A stretch of DNA of 64,000 bases from a virus, in the IMG/VR virus record IMGVR_UViG_3300037104_000592, positions 1-64,000 of that record, one strand, 5' to 3'. Made by a program: the position numbers and the translations under genes. The notes beneath the pieces were generated by a model that did no database searches, was not told the DNA's origin, and saw nothing but the letters and a program-made list of their open reading frames with translations. Shown here piece after piece: positions 1-10,430 of the stretch; positions within the stretch are counted from its first letter, which is position 1, and every line of letters begins with the position of its first letter.

Positions 1-963
1 GGTGAAATTCCTTTGGAAGCTTATGGTGTTTGTTGTTTAGGATCTTTAGTATTACCTAATTTTGTAACAGGTTCAACAAATACAAATTGGAAAAAATTGG
101 AAGGGGTTATAAAATTAGCTGTTAGATTTTTAGATAATGTTTTAGACGTAAATAAATATTCATTAAAAGAATCTGATATTAAAGCTCATAATTCAAGAAG
201 AATTGGATTAGGGGTAATGGGATTAGCTGAGTATTTATTTGCAAAAGAAGCAAGATATGGATCTGAAAAAGCGCTTTTTGAAATAGAAAGATTAATGAGA
301 TTTATAAGGGATGTAGCATATGAAACAGGAGTTGAGTTAGCAGAAGAAAAAGGAGCATTTCCAAAATTTGATCCTATTCAATATGGTAATGCATCATTTG
401 TTAGAAAACTACCAACCGAATTAAGACTTAAAATAAAAGAAAAAGGTATTAGAAATGTTACATATTTAACATGTCCTCCAAGTGGAACTACAAGTTTATT
501 ACCTGAAGTATCAAGTGGAATTGAACCTTTGATATATCGTGCTTATAAAAGATTGGATAGGGTAAGCGAAAGAATTTATGTTCATCCAAAATATAAACAA
601 TTATTATTATCAGGTGATAAAGTTCCTGATTGGTTTGTTGATATGGGAAATTTAAAAGCTTCAGATCATTTTGAAACTCAAAAAATAATTCAAAAATATA
701 TAGATAATGCTGTTAGTAAGACAATTAACTTACCTTTTGGAACTACATATGAAGAACTTGATAAATTACTTCTTGAATATATTTATGATCTTAAAGGAGT
801 AACTGTATATGTTGAAGGATCTAAAGGAGGTCAGGTTTATACCAGATTATCAGAAGAAGAAACAATGAATTATATTTTAAATTCTGAGTTAGAAATAAAA
901 AGCGATTTAACAGAAGAAGATAAAGATTGTGGTTTGTGTGAAAAAAAGGAGGATAAAAAATGA
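1..963 (+). CDS. nrdJ: Ribonucleotide reductase, probably class II (B12-dependent), C-terminal part; gene begins upstream of the window
   Basis: Frame is open from base 1 (GEIPLEAYGVCCLGS, which follows the NPC active site). Motifs RRIGLGVMGLA, CPPSGTTS, SSGIEP, DNAVSKTIN; KGVTVY without the class I YY pair. Confidence 0.85.
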   Translation, partial: GEIPLEAYGVCCLGSLVLPNFVTGSTNTNWKKLEGVIKLAVRFLDNVLDVNKYSLKESDIKAHNSRRIGLGVMGLAEYLFAKEARYGSEKALFEIERLMRFIRDVAYETGVELAEEKGAFPKFDPIQYGNASFVRKLPTELRLKIKEKGIRNVTYLTCPPSGTTSLLPEVSSGIEPLIYRAYKRLDRVSERIYVHPKYKQLLLSGDKVPDWFVDMGNLKASDHFETQKIIQKYIDNAVSKTINLPFGTTYEELDKLLLEYIYDLKGVTVYVEGSKGGQVYTRLSEEETMNYILNSELEIKSDLTEEDKDCGLCEKKEDKK

Positions 964-1169
964 AATTATCTGAAAATGAAATTTGTAAATATTCGACTAC
1001 ATGTCCTTATAATAATACTACGTTAAATTTTTGTAAGGGAGCATTATCAACTAGAAATAAAATTTTTATTTGTGATTTAGTTTCTGAAACAGGAGTATTT
1101 AATGAGTCAGGATTTAGAAGTAGTTTAGATGAAACTGGAAAAATGAAAGTTATAATGGAAAAACAATGA
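960..1169 (+). CDS. Small Cys-rich hypothetical protein
   Basis: ORF overlaps the RNR stop, has an AAGGAGG RBS and four Cys. Confidence 0.6.
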   Translation: MKLSENEICKYSTTCPYNNTTLNFCKGALSTRNKIFICDLVSETGVFNESGFRSSLDETGKMKVIMEKQ

Positions 1170-1307
1170 AATTAGAAGAAAAAATTATAGTAGATACTAT
1201 AGAATTAATGCCTGAGCATTTAAGAAAAAAATTTTTTCGTTTAATATTTACAGATAAAATGAAAAAATTTATAAAAGAAGAAGCAGACAAAATAAGAGAG
1301 GAAAGAA

Positions 1308-1727
1308 ATGACAGAAGAACAAAAAGTAAACAAAAAGATTGAATTAATTGAGGAATTTTCTAAACAAAGAGAACAATTAAAGATAATGGTTACTGAATTA
1401 GAAAAATTAAAAGATGGAATTGAGAAAATTTTTCCAGAAAGATTAGATGCGAGATATTCAAGATTTTTTGAAGAAAAAATAAAAACTGTTACAGAATTAT
1501 TTAAAGCAATTTTAGAAATAAAAAAAGAAATATCTAAAACAATTAAAGATGAAATTGATTTAAGAAATAAATATGAATCTGGTGAAACATTAGATGAAGA
1601 TAATTATTTAGGAGAGGCTGATATAAGAACATTAGTTAAAAGAATAGAACAATTAAATGCTTCAGCTAATCAAATGATAATGGGTAGTAAAAAAATTGAA
1701 GAATCGGAGGATGTAGCGAATGGATAA
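1308..1727 (+). CDS. Coiled-coil hypothetical protein
   Basis: ORF with RBS (GAGGA) and heptad-rich sequence. Confidence 0.6.
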   Translation: MTEEQKVNKKIELIEEFSKQREQLKIMVTELEKLKDGIEKIFPERLDARYSRFFEEKIKTVTELFKAILEIKKEISKTIKDEIDLRNKYESGETLDEDNYLGEADIRTLVKRIEQLNASANQMIMGSKKIEESEDVANG

Positions 1728-3021
1728 AAATATAAAAGAAGATGAAATTTTAGAACTTGAAAACGAGGAACCAAATCAAGAAATACCTATTGAAGAAATT
1801 CAAGAATCGTTAGACTCTTTAAAAATTGAGATAACAGATGAAGATAAGCAGAAATATAATGCTCCTATCCCATCTGAAAAGAAAAAACCAGGTAGAAAAA
1901 AGAAAGAAATTCCATCAGGGAATGAATTAGAAGAAATGAGTGATACAGATGTTATTGAGTCAATGGATAGTGAGTCTCATGATTTGTATATGGAATTTGC
2001 ATCATTTCTGGAAGATAAAGCAAAGATAAAACAAGATACAGGAATAAAAGATGTAATTCCAACTGGGATTGATGTTTTAGACTCAGTTATGGGGGGTGGG
2101 TTTGCATTAGGAACTATGGGAATGGCTATAGGAACTCCTGGATGTGGAAAAAGTATGCTATGTATTCAAACTATGGCTTCTGCTCAAAAAAAATATAAAG
2201 AAAAAGCAATGGTAGCAATGTTAGATTCAGAAGAAGCAACTACTACAATAAGATTGTCAAATTTGGGTGTTAGGTATCCAAAAATAACACCTTATAATGA
2301 TATAACGGTTGAAAAAGTATTTAAATTTCTTGAAGGATTATGTCTATATAAGGAAATGAAAAATATTATAGATCAACCCTCAGTTGTTCTGTGGGATTCT
2401 ATAGCAAATACTTTAAGTCAAAAAGAAAGAGAAGTTGAAGATGTAAATTCTGTAATTGGATATAAAGCAAGATTATTATCATTATTAATTCCAAAATATG
2501 TTTCAAAATTAGCTGTTTATAATATATGCCTTCTAACTGTAAATCAAATGAGAGATAGTATAAAAATTGGACCGTTTCAGGCTCCAAAAGAAATGAGATT
2601 TATGTCTACTGGAAAATCAATTCCTGGTGGAAACACTATGAAGTTTAATGCTTTTCATTTAATTGAAATGAAAGTTACAGAAGCAGTTGATATAAAGAAG
2701 TATGGATTTGAAGGAATAAAAGTAACTGCATGGTGTGTTAAAAATAAATTATTTTCTCCAAATATTCATGTTAAATTGGTTGGAAATTTTGTGACTGGAT
2801 TTTCTAATTTCTGGACAAATTTTGAGTTTTTAGTTGACCTCAAAAGAATAGATACTGGAGCATGGAATAAAATAGTATCAGATCCAAAACAGAAAAAATT
2901 TAGAACTTCGGATGTATATCAATTATATTCTACAGATCAAGAATTTAGAGAAATTTTTGATAATGAAGTTAAAGATGCAATCAAAATAGAAATCATAGAT
3001 AAACATACTGTTACTGACTAA
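1720..3021 (+). CDS. RecA/UvsX-like recombinase with acidic N-terminal extension
   Basis: IPTGIDVLD..MGGG, Walker A GTPGCGKS, LDSEEA, Walker B VVLWDSIA, NQMR, PGG, VKNK. Confidence 0.9.
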   Translation: MDKNIKEDEILELENEEPNQEIPIEEIQESLDSLKIEITDEDKQKYNAPIPSEKKKPGRKKKEIPSGNELEEMSDTDVIESMDSESHDLYMEFASFLEDKAKIKQDTGIKDVIPTGIDVLDSVMGGGFALGTMGMAIGTPGCGKSMLCIQTMASAQKKYKEKAMVAMLDSEEATTTIRLSNLGVRYPKITPYNDITVEKVFKFLEGLCLYKEMKNIIDQPSVVLWDSIANTLSQKEREVEDVNSVIGYKARLLSLLIPKYVSKLAVYNICLLTVNQMRDSIKIGPFQAPKEMRFMSTGKSIPGGNTMKFNAFHLIEMKVTEAVDIKKYGFEGIKVTAWCVKNKLFSPNIHVKLVGNFVTGFSNFWTNFEFLVDLKRIDTGAWNKIVSDPKQKKFRTSDVYQLYSTDQEFREIFDNEVKDAIKIEIIDKHTVTD

Positions 3022-3036
3022 TGCTGTCTAGGAAAG

Positions 3037-3050
3037 AGAACAAATTATAA
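3037..3050 (+). promoter_or_regulatory. Putative phage late-promoter motif AGAACAAA (copy 1)
   Basis: Same 8-mer occurs in intergenic gaps at 3037, 10431, 40106 and 54228. Confidence 0.5.
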
Positions 3051-3085
3051 ATTGAATTATTAATAGTTAAAGGAGAAATTGAGTC

Positions 3086-3382
3086 ATGGGAATGATTGAT
3101 ATTCTAAAGTCTTATCTTGAATCTACTATTAAAATGATAGTTGATAATCCAGAAGAAGTTAAAGTTGAAATTAACACATCTACAAAAACGATTTTGGTTC
3201 AAATTAAAACATCTAAATCTGATTTTGGAAAAGTTATTGGAAGAAAAGGAAAAACAATTGAATCTTTAAAAACTATTTCTTGTGCAATAAAAAATACAAA
3301 GTTTCATGATGATGTCAGAAGTGTAGTTTTAGAGATTTTAGAGGATGAAGTATCAAGTTTTAAAACATTAAAAAAAGAATAA
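3086..3382 (+). CDS. KH-domain RNA-binding protein (KhpA/UPF0109-like)
   Basis: IVDNPEEV...DFGKVIGRKGKTI (KH GxxG loop). Confidence 0.85.
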   Translation: MGMIDILKSYLESTIKMIVDNPEEVKVEINTSTKTILVQIKTSKSDFGKVIGRKGKTIESLKTISCAIKNTKFHDDVRSVVLEILEDEVSSFKTLKKE

Positions 3383-3405
3383 ATTAAATTAGGAGGAATA
3401 TAGTT

Positions 3406-3960
3406 ATGTTAACAAAAGAATCAAAAATTAGAGTTCTTGAGAATTTTCAAGCTATTGATTATGCTCTTTTTGGAAAACCTGTTGGAAAAACAGAAACATG
3501 CTGCCCATTTTTTGTTGAAGAATATATTTCAGCAAAGGGAGCTCTTCTTTCTGTTATGGTCGAAATGTATAAACTAATTGAACATAGACCAAAAGTTTTG
3601 AAAGAAGTTAATCAATCTAAACTTAAAACAATGGCGAAAGTAAGCGCTTCAATTGCTAGAGAAAATTGTAAATTATTAGTATCTTCTGCTGATGGAAGAA
3701 AAGATGTTAAGAAAGCTTTAAGAGAGTCTCTATCAAAAGTTAAAACCAATAAGATTAATATTGATGAAATGGTTCAAACAGAAATCAAGAGAAAAGCATA
3801 TGGTCTAGCTATTGATAATCTTCTTATTGGAAGAGTAGTCAATGAATCCAAAAAATTTAAGAAAATGGATACTTGGAATGGAAGAATTCTTGAAGATGCT
3901 TATAAAGTTTTGAGAGATAATTTAGTTGAAACTGCTTTGACTATTTTAGAAAATGAGTAA
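3406..3960 (+). CDS. Hypothetical protein, possibly a head-associated virion protein
   Basis: Strong AGGAGG RBS; many (I/L/V)xE motifs reminiscent of prohead-protease sites (inference). Confidence 0.45.
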   Translation: MLTKESKIRVLENFQAIDYALFGKPVGKTETCCPFFVEEYISAKGALLSVMVEMYKLIEHRPKVLKEVNQSKLKTMAKVSASIARENCKLLVSSADGRKDVKKALRESLSKVKTNKINIDEMVQTEIKRKAYGLAIDNLLIGRVVNESKKFKKMDTWNGRILEDAYKVLRDNLVETALTILENE

Positions 3961-3993
3961 ATAATCTTAATGTTTTTATGAAAAGGTGGTCCT

Positions 3994-4929
3994 GTGAATG
4001 ATTATGACAAACTTTTAGAATATTTAGATTCAGTAAATCAAAATAATACTTTAGAGACAGATATTAAAATAAAACAAAAAAAAGAAATTGAAGTTGCAAA
4101 AGCAAAAGAAGAATCTGTTTCTAAGGATATAGACAAACTAATAGAGGCGTCTCAAATAACTGATATATTTGAGACGCCTCAAGTTTTACAATCGGTAAGA
4201 GGTTTTGACATCACACGGTTTGAAAATTTAATGCGGTCAAAACTTATAGAAGAATATAAGAAAATTCAATCATATGAAAGACCTTATATATCTGTAACAG
4301 AATTATTTTCTTGTATGAGAAGTAATTATTATAATAGGGTGAAATATCAAGTTGATGTTAAAGATTTATTTAAATTTGCACCATTAAAATTAATTCAAGA
4401 TGTAGCAAATACAATTCATTCAGTTGTTCAATCTGTTTATGATTTTTCTGAGACAGAGAAAACAATAATTAGTGAAAAATATAAAGTTAAAGGAAGAATG
4501 GATGCAAACAAAGAGAACTTTTTATATGAAATAAAAACATTAGATGAAGCAAAGTTTTCTGGTAAATATAATATTGATCATTATAATCAAGGTAATATTT
4601 ATGCTTATATTCTTAACAAAGAATATAATTATAATATAGATACAGTTGTTTTATTATATTTTTTTAGAGATAATTTAAAAAAAAGACCAAGTGTATTTGA
4701 AATAAAAGTTGATGAAAAACAAGCAGAATTTTATGTTTTAAAAGCAAATATATTGTTATCATATATTCAAAGAAAAGAAGTTCCTGATATTATAGGAGCA
4801 ACTGAGGAGCAATGTAAGTATTGTTTATATAAAAAATTCTGTGAAAAAGATGATTCTAAAACAATTAAACCATATTTGAAAAAATCAGAAGAGAAGTTAG
4901 AAAAACCAAAAACAGTTTTTCTTATTTAA
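3994..4929 (+). CDS. Cas4-like / PD-(D/E)xK exonuclease with Fe-S cysteines
   Basis: SVTELFSC, GRMD...YEIKT, QGNIY, C-terminal CKYCLYKKFC. Confidence 0.8.
   Translation: MNDYDKLLEYLDSVNQNNTLETDIKIKQKKEIEVAKAKEESVSKDIDKLIEASQITDIFETPQVLQSVRGFDITRFENLMRSKLIEEYKKIQSYERPYISVTELFSCMRSNYYNRVKYQVDVKDLFKFAPLKLIQDVANTIHSVVQSVYDFSETEKTIISEKYKVKGRMDANKENFLYEIKTLDEAKFSGKYNIDHYNQGNIYAYILNKEYNYNIDTVVLLYFFRDNLKKRPSVFEIKVDEKQAEFYVLKANILLSYIQRKEVPDIIGATEEQCKYCLYKKFCEKDDSKTIKPYLKKSEEKLEKPKTVFLI
4144..4180. repeat. Perfect 15-bp inverted repeat inside the Cas4-like gene
   Basis: GAGGCGTCTCAAATA-N7-TATTTGAGACGCCTC. Confidence 0.85.
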
Positions 4930-4949
4930 ATAAATGGAGGAAATTACAA

Positions 4950-6083
4950 ATGATTGCAGTCTATCCAATGTTAACTACATCAGATGTTCAAAGTCATGTT
5001 TTATCTGGAGTTTGTAAAGTTCTAGAAAGATTTGTAATATTGTATGATATGGATTCTTTAGCTGATAAATTTCATTTAGGTAAAAAAGTAACTTTTGGTG
5101 CTGATGTTTTAGGAAAAGCAGCTCAAGTAGCTGGATTAAAAATTCCAAATAGAGATCCGAAGCAAGAAAGTTATTCTTTTTTAGGTGAAGCAGATTCAGA
5201 TCTACCAGATCTTCAAGGTTATCCCGAATTTGGACCCACAGGAAGAGGTAAAGAAAATGCTATAGAACCAAAGTATAAAGAAACTAAAGAAGAAAGAGAA
5301 GCAAGAGAAAAAAGAGATGAAGATAGAGAATCACACAAAAGAGAAATGGGAAAGGGATTAAAAGCTGTAGAAATTGAATTTCCAAAACAAGAATCTTTAA
5401 CTGTAGAACCAACTTGGGTAATTGTTACAACACCACATGGAACTCAAGTTTTAGGAATAAAAGTTATTCCATATCCTATAAAATCTACTGAGCAATTAGG
5501 AAAAATGTTAATGACAGATATGTCACTTAAAAAATTAGATGCTTATATGTATGGAACAGCTAGAAAAATGGTTAAAGTTTTATATTGGGCAGCAAGGGGA
5601 ATGATTCATAAATTACCATTTCATCTTGAAGATTTGATTTCATTAGATCATGTAATATCTGGAGATCCAGAAAAAGATATTATTTTTGGATCTACTAAAT
5701 ATGAAAGTAATGTTTTTTGTTTGCTTAATAGTCAAGATTTAGAACATGATATTCATTTTAAAAATGCTGGAGGAATTTCAAAGTTATTTCAATTAGGGTG
5801 GAATTCAATTATAATCAATGATGATGTAAATAAAAGAACAAGTTTTTGTATGAAACAATTTGGTGGTTTATGTTCTAGTGTTTCTCATCAATTTTTATTT
5901 TCTAGTTTTGGTAAAGAAAATGATAGAGTTTATGAAAAATTAGAAGATATTCAGAAAGTTACAACTCCATTTTTTAGGTCAAAAATTAATCCATCTAAAA
6001 TATTTGGAGAATCATTATCTTCAGAAAAGTTATTAAAATATTCAGATTATTCAGATTGTAATTCTTGCTTTGGGGTTAAATAA
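4950..6083 (+). CDS. Hypothetical protein, probably virion structural
   Basis: GGAGG RBS; lies in a cluster with baseplate genes. Confidence 0.5.
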   Translation: MIAVYPMLTTSDVQSHVLSGVCKVLERFVILYDMDSLADKFHLGKKVTFGADVLGKAAQVAGLKIPNRDPKQESYSFLGEADSDLPDLQGYPEFGPTGRGKENAIEPKYKETKEEREAREKRDEDRESHKREMGKGLKAVEIEFPKQESLTVEPTWVIVTTPHGTQVLGIKVIPYPIKSTEQLGKMLMTDMSLKKLDAYMYGTARKMVKVLYWAARGMIHKLPFHLEDLISLDHVISGDPEKDIIFGSTKYESNVFCLLNSQDLEHDIHFKNAGGISKLFQLGWNSIIINDDVNKRTSFCMKQFGGLCSSVSHQFLFSSFGKENDRVYEKLEDIQKVTTPFFRSKINPSKIFGESLSSEKLLKYSDYSDCNSCFGVK

Positions 6084-6701
6084 ATGGAAATCTCAGCTAA
6101 TGATATTAAAAGCAATATAGAAAAATTAGAATTATATTCTGATTTATATCCTTTTTCACTACCTTTACGAATTTCTACATTTGAAAATGAAACTGAATAT
6201 AATAAATTTGTAAAAAATTGTGAGAAATTGGTTAGAGGTTCTCTTGAATTTAAACATTGGAGAAATTATCTTATTGATGTTCTTGGAATTAATGAGTGTA
6301 TATTAACTAAAGAAGTTTTAGCTGAGTGCTCAGTTGAGATTCACCATCATATTCCAAGTTTATTTATTTTAGTAAAAGCATTATTAAATAAAAAATTAGA
6401 AGCTAATGAAGAATTTTCAACATTTGATATAGCAATAGAAACTATAGAACTTCATTTTAAAAACCAAATTGGATATGCTCCATTGGTTTCTTCAGCTCAT
6501 GAAAAATTTCATAATGGATTTTTGAAAATACCTATTGAATTAATAAGAGGAAATTATATAGAATTTATTAAAGAATATTCTAAATATTTAGATGATGATG
6601 ATTTAGATACTATTAATGAAAGAATGGCTATCTCCATGAAAGATTTTAAATATGAAGGATGGACTAAGGATGAATATCCTGGGATGGTAGCATGCTCTTA
6701 A
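6084..6701 (+). CDS. Conserved jumbo-phage hypothetical protein with His-rich HNH-like motif
   Basis: C...VEIHHH...HEKFH pattern. Confidence 0.45.
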   Translation: MEISANDIKSNIEKLELYSDLYPFSLPLRISTFENETEYNKFVKNCEKLVRGSLEFKHWRNYLIDVLGINECILTKEVLAECSVEIHHHIPSLFILVKALLNKKLEANEEFSTFDIAIETIELHFKNQIGYAPLVSSAHEKFHNGFLKIPIELIRGNYIEFIKEYSKYLDDDDLDTINERMAISMKDFKYEGWTKDEYPGMVACS

Positions 6702-7081
6702 TTAATACTGAGTCTAGACAAAGAATAAGAAGTCCAATTGAGGTTGACAATTTTAGTCCAAGATTTAAAACTAACAATGGACTTTATACATTTACATCAC
6801 CAAGTCTTTGGACAATTGAAAAGAATTTATTTTATTTGTTAAAAAATTCAGATGAAATAAAATTTGATTTAAAATATAAATATAAACCATCATATTTATC
6901 TTATGATCAATATAATACAGTTGTTTTAGAATATCTTTTAATGTATATAAATAATGTTTATTGTGTAGAAGATTTTAATTTAACCACTGTTATTATTCCT
7001 TCACTATCATCTATAATTGATATATGTCAAGATAAATTTTCTAAGCAAAGTGTTACTAATATGGAGTCAGTCGGATGGTAA
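6692..7081 (+). CDS. Baseplate wedge gp53-like / LysM-like protein
   Basis: YKPSYLSYDQYNT...LLMYINN resembles the gp53/tail-X signature; lies near a gp5-like gene. Confidence 0.6.
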   Translation: MLLINTESRQRIRSPIEVDNFSPRFKTNNGLYTFTSPSLWTIEKNLFYLLKNSDEIKFDLKYKYKPSYLSYDQYNTVVLEYLLMYINNVYCVEDFNLTTVIIPSLSSIIDICQDKFSKQSVTNMESVGW

Positions 7082-7974
7082 TAAAACAAGATTTTGAATT
7101 ACTTAAAGATATTCCTAACTTATTATCATTATCAGCGAGTTCAATAAAAGAGGTTCGTATTGATAATGGACCAAGAAAAGTATTTGTAGTTTTAAAATTA
7201 ATGGAAAATAAAATTAAACATTTTACTAAAGATAAAATAATTGATACTTTAGGTATATTAGAAAAGAGAAAAATGTATGATGTTGTAAACCTTCCAGATT
7301 ATAGTTTACATGTTTCTTATAATAAACCCACCAAACAAATGATAATAAATTTAAGTCCTTTTAACACAGATGATATATACCCAAATAATCCAGATCCAAA
7401 AAATATTTATGCTTTAATGGTTTACGCTATTTGTTTTCATACATTAATAACAGAAAAAGTAGAAATACCAGAAAAACATTTTGCAGTTATATCTAGTTTT
7501 TTAACAAGCATGTTTGTTCAAGTTTTTGGACGAGAGTTTGGATTATTGGGAGCATATTCAAATGAAATTTCTAAGTTAAAATTTCTAATAGCATCATATA
7601 TATTAACTTCATTCTTTGGAGAAGATCAAAATAAATCATTTAGAAAAGCAGCTGTTGTGTCTGGTATTAATTTGAAGAATATACAAGAGGATTTAGAAAA
7701 AGGAAATTATAATTTAAACAATATATTTGATTTTGTAAAGGCATTATCTGATCTTAAAGTTATGCCAGGCATCACTAAATATTCTTTCACTAAAAAATTA
7801 TATAGTTTTATTGGTCCAAGTTTTCTTCCTGGTTTAGAAGATCTTTCAAGATTTATTTCTATCATAACAACATCTAGTATTTCTGGATCAAATGTTGTAA
7901 ATACTATGTTACATAGATATAATAAAGATGATTATATTCAGTTACTTGAAATTTCCAAGATTGTATTTAAATAG
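7075..7974 (+). CDS. Hypothetical protein
   Basis: 299-aa ORF translationally coupled to its neighbours. Confidence 0.6.
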   Translation: MVIKQDFELLKDIPNLLSLSASSIKEVRIDNGPRKVFVVLKLMENKIKHFTKDKIIDTLGILEKRKMYDVVNLPDYSLHVSYNKPTKQMIINLSPFNTDDIYPNNPDPKNIYALMVYAICFHTLITEKVEIPEKHFAVISSFLTSMFVQVFGREFGLLGAYSNEISKLKFLIASYILTSFFGEDQNKSFRKAAVVSGINLKNIQEDLEKGNYNLNNIFDFVKALSDLKVMPGITKYSFTKKLYSFIGPSFLPGLEDLSRFISIITTSSISGSNVVNTMLHRYNKDDYIQLLEISKIVFK

Positions 7975-7985
7975 GAGAATAGTGG

Positions 7986-8873
7986 ATGCCAGATGATAAA
8001 AGTAAACCTTTAAATGGTTTCTATAGAGCTAAGGTTGTAAATCCAGACGACCCTACTGACTGTGGAAGAGTTCAGGTGTGGATTCCTGACACAATGCCAA
8101 AAGTGGACGATTCAAAAGGGTTATGGGCATGTCCTTCTAATAACCCTCTTGGTGGTCTTAATGCTGATGGAGATGTAAGTCATCAATATCAAGGAACATC
8201 ATATATTCCAGCAAAGGGATCATGGATTTGGGTATTTTTTGAAAACGGACGTGCTGATAGACCTTATTATTTTGCATCTTTGGATATTGCAAATTCAAAA
8301 GTTCTTCCTGAAAATAGAGTTGGAGGAATTAAATATAAGAAATGGGTTATATTTAAATCTCATGAGGGAAGAACAATTGTCGTAAGTGATGATCCTGATG
8401 ATTGTAGGGTAGAGATCACTGGAAAGAAAAGACAATTATCTGATCCTCCATCTGGAGACACAGCATCTGTTTATACTGTTGACGGAAACCAAACTACAAT
8501 ATTATTAGATGAAAGAGCAGGAAAAGAAAAACTTCTTATTAGAACTCACAAAGGTGATTTTATAAATATAGATATTGAGAATCAAAAGCTACAAATAAAA
8601 TTTAAAAGTGATATTACAATAGAATCAGATGGATCAATTTTTTTCAAAGCAGCAACCGATATAAATATCAAAGCAGGAGCAAATATAAATACAGAATCAG
8701 GATCAATAATTAATAATAAAGCAGGAGGTAATATAAATATAGATTCTGGAGGAACAATTAATAATAAAGCAGGAGGTCCTATAAACTCAGATGGTTCAGT
8801 AATAGAAGATCAATGTGGCGTTGCAGGTCCAGCAACTTCTGCTGGAGAATCCCCACCGATTGGCGATCGCTAA
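7986..8873 (+). CDS. Baseplate central spike, gp5/VgrG-like
   Basis: YRAKVV..DP..GRVQVWIP, P..GSWIWVFFENG..RPYY OB-fold; C-terminal beta-helix repeats (INNKAGGNINIDSGG). Confidence 0.85.
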   Translation: MPDDKSKPLNGFYRAKVVNPDDPTDCGRVQVWIPDTMPKVDDSKGLWACPSNNPLGGLNADGDVSHQYQGTSYIPAKGSWIWVFFENGRADRPYYFASLDIANSKVLPENRVGGIKYKKWVIFKSHEGRTIVVSDDPDDCRVEITGKKRQLSDPPSGDTASVYTVDGNQTTILLDERAGKEKLLIRTHKGDFINIDIENQKLQIKFKSDITIESDGSIFFKAATDINIKAGANINTESGSIINNKAGGNINIDSGGTINNKAGGPINSDGSVIEDQCGVAGPATSAGESPPIGDR

Positions 8874-8897
8874 TCAAAACCTACCTTTTAGTTAATT

Positions 8898-8932
8898 TTC
8901 ATTATACACCAAAACAACTATATATATTAATT
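8898..8932 (+). promoter_or_regulatory. Putative phage early promoter (TTCATTATA-N11-CTATATATATTAATT)
   Basis: Same bipartite motif recurs at 22575-22608; its TATATTA core resembles the phiKZ early consensus. Confidence 0.55.
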
Positions 8933-8975
8933 TACAATAGAGAATGATTTTTAAACTAAAAAATGAAAGTGGAGG

Positions 8976-10430
8976 TTGTGTAAATTGATAAGATTTCAAC
9001 AATTAGATCAAAGGCGACTTGTTTTTTTATCCGATGATAGGGTTGTATCTATCTTGGAAATGGTAGCTTCAACAGTTACAAATAAATTTTATTTGGTTAC
9101 AGATTTTATAGAAGATATGAGTAAAAACTCAAAAGAATTTACTGAATGGTATACCCAATTTATTGATGATTATATTTCTGTGGTTGATAAATATGAATTA
9201 ATTGAAAAAAATGTTCCATTAATAAAAAAATATTCAGATGAATATATAGACTTCAGAAAAATTGATTTTTCTAAGTTTGTTGATGAAACAAAAGCAAAGA
9301 AAACCACAATACTTTTAAGTGCAGAGGAAATTGAAAAAATTTGTAGATTATCATCATATCTTAAAGTTTATTCTATAATTTCAAATTCTGAAAATTTAAA
9401 ACAAGATAGACGAAGTCATAAAAAGATTTATAATATGTTAGCAAGTGAAGTATTAAATTCAGAAACAATTTTTAAAATATTTAATGTAGTAAAGACAAAA
9501 ACTTTTAGATATAATATGACAGATAAATATATGTGGGATTATATCAAAATGGTTCAATGTAAGAGCATTGATGTTCATGTTATTGAAATATTTAATTTTA
9601 TTATGAATAGTATTTTAATTTTATGTGAACCTGATAGAAACCCAATAACTTATTTTGTTGGTGTAATTGATGAGTCAATAAAATGGTTTTTAGGATCTAT
9701 ATATAAAGGATCAATTATTTATGATGATTCTATTTCAACTGAAGATATTCAGTCTACAAATATTGATAATTTAAAAACATATTCATATAATGATACTTTG
9801 GGTAGATTGAAAGCAATTGCTTATGAAAAAATAAAAGATCACATAATTAAACCATCTATTTTAAAATTTGATGAAAATGAACTAAAGCTTGAAGATGAGT
9901 ATGTAGAGATTCAAAGAAGAGTTGAAAGTGTTAAATTTATTTCACCATTATCTGAATATTTTGTATATCCTCTTTTAGCTAAAATAACTGGTATTCCTTA
10001 TAATCATTTCAAAACTTTATCTCCTGAACATACTATAGTTTTATCAGTATATATTCAAGATATTTTAAGAAAAGTTCTAAAAAGTGATTATAAAAATATA
10101 GTAAGTTTATTGAATTATTATCCCTTAGAACATCCTTCAATTGCAACAACCTATAAGTTAAAAAATATGGAAAGTTTTATAAATACTGCAAATAAATTTA
10201 AAAATTTCTTTGGAATAGATACAAAAATAATCTTAGGAAATATGTTAGGAAATTTTGTTGGAAAAATTTCTAGGATTAAATTTATAAATATATTTGATGG
10301 AAGAGAATTGGTAGGAATTCCATTAAGCAAATTAGAAGCAGAAATGATTGATTTTTACATTTTATTGTTTGCAGATAAGATGAATGACGAGATTGATAAA
10401 ATTAGAAACATTGTTCACTCTGATTTTTAA
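8976..10430 (+). CDS. Large helical protein; candidate sigma-like promoter-specificity subunit of the non-virion RNAP
   Basis: 484 aa, helical composition, stands alone behind the putative early promoter. Function is inference only. Confidence 0.35.
   Translation: MCKLIRFQQLDQRRLVFLSDDRVVSILEMVASTVTNKFYLVTDFIEDMSKNSKEFTEWYTQFIDDYISVVDKYELIEKNVPLIKKYSDEYIDFRKIDFSKFVDETKAKKTTILLSAEEIEKICRLSSYLKVYSIISNSENLKQDRRSHKKIYNMLASEVLNSETIFKIFNVVKTKTFRYNMTDKYMWDYIKMVQCKSIDVHVIEIFNFIMNSILILCEPDRNPITYFVGVIDESIKWFLGSIYKGSIIYDDSISTEDIQSTNIDNLKTYSYNDTLGRLKAIAYEKIKDHIIKPSILKFDENELKLEDEYVEIQRRVESVKFISPLSEYFVYPLLAKITGIPYNHFKTLSPEHTIVLSVYIQDILRKVLKSDYKNIVSLLNYYPLEHPSIATTYKLKNMESFINTANKFKNFFGIDTKIILGNMLGNFVGKISRIKFINIFDGRELVGIPLSKLEAEMIDFYILLFADKMNDEIDKIRNIVHSDF

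Noticed and set aside
3994-4929. CRISPR-Cas system suggested by the Cas4-like gene
   Set aside because: No repeat-spacer array or other cas genes are seen; solo Cas4-like nucleases are common in phages.
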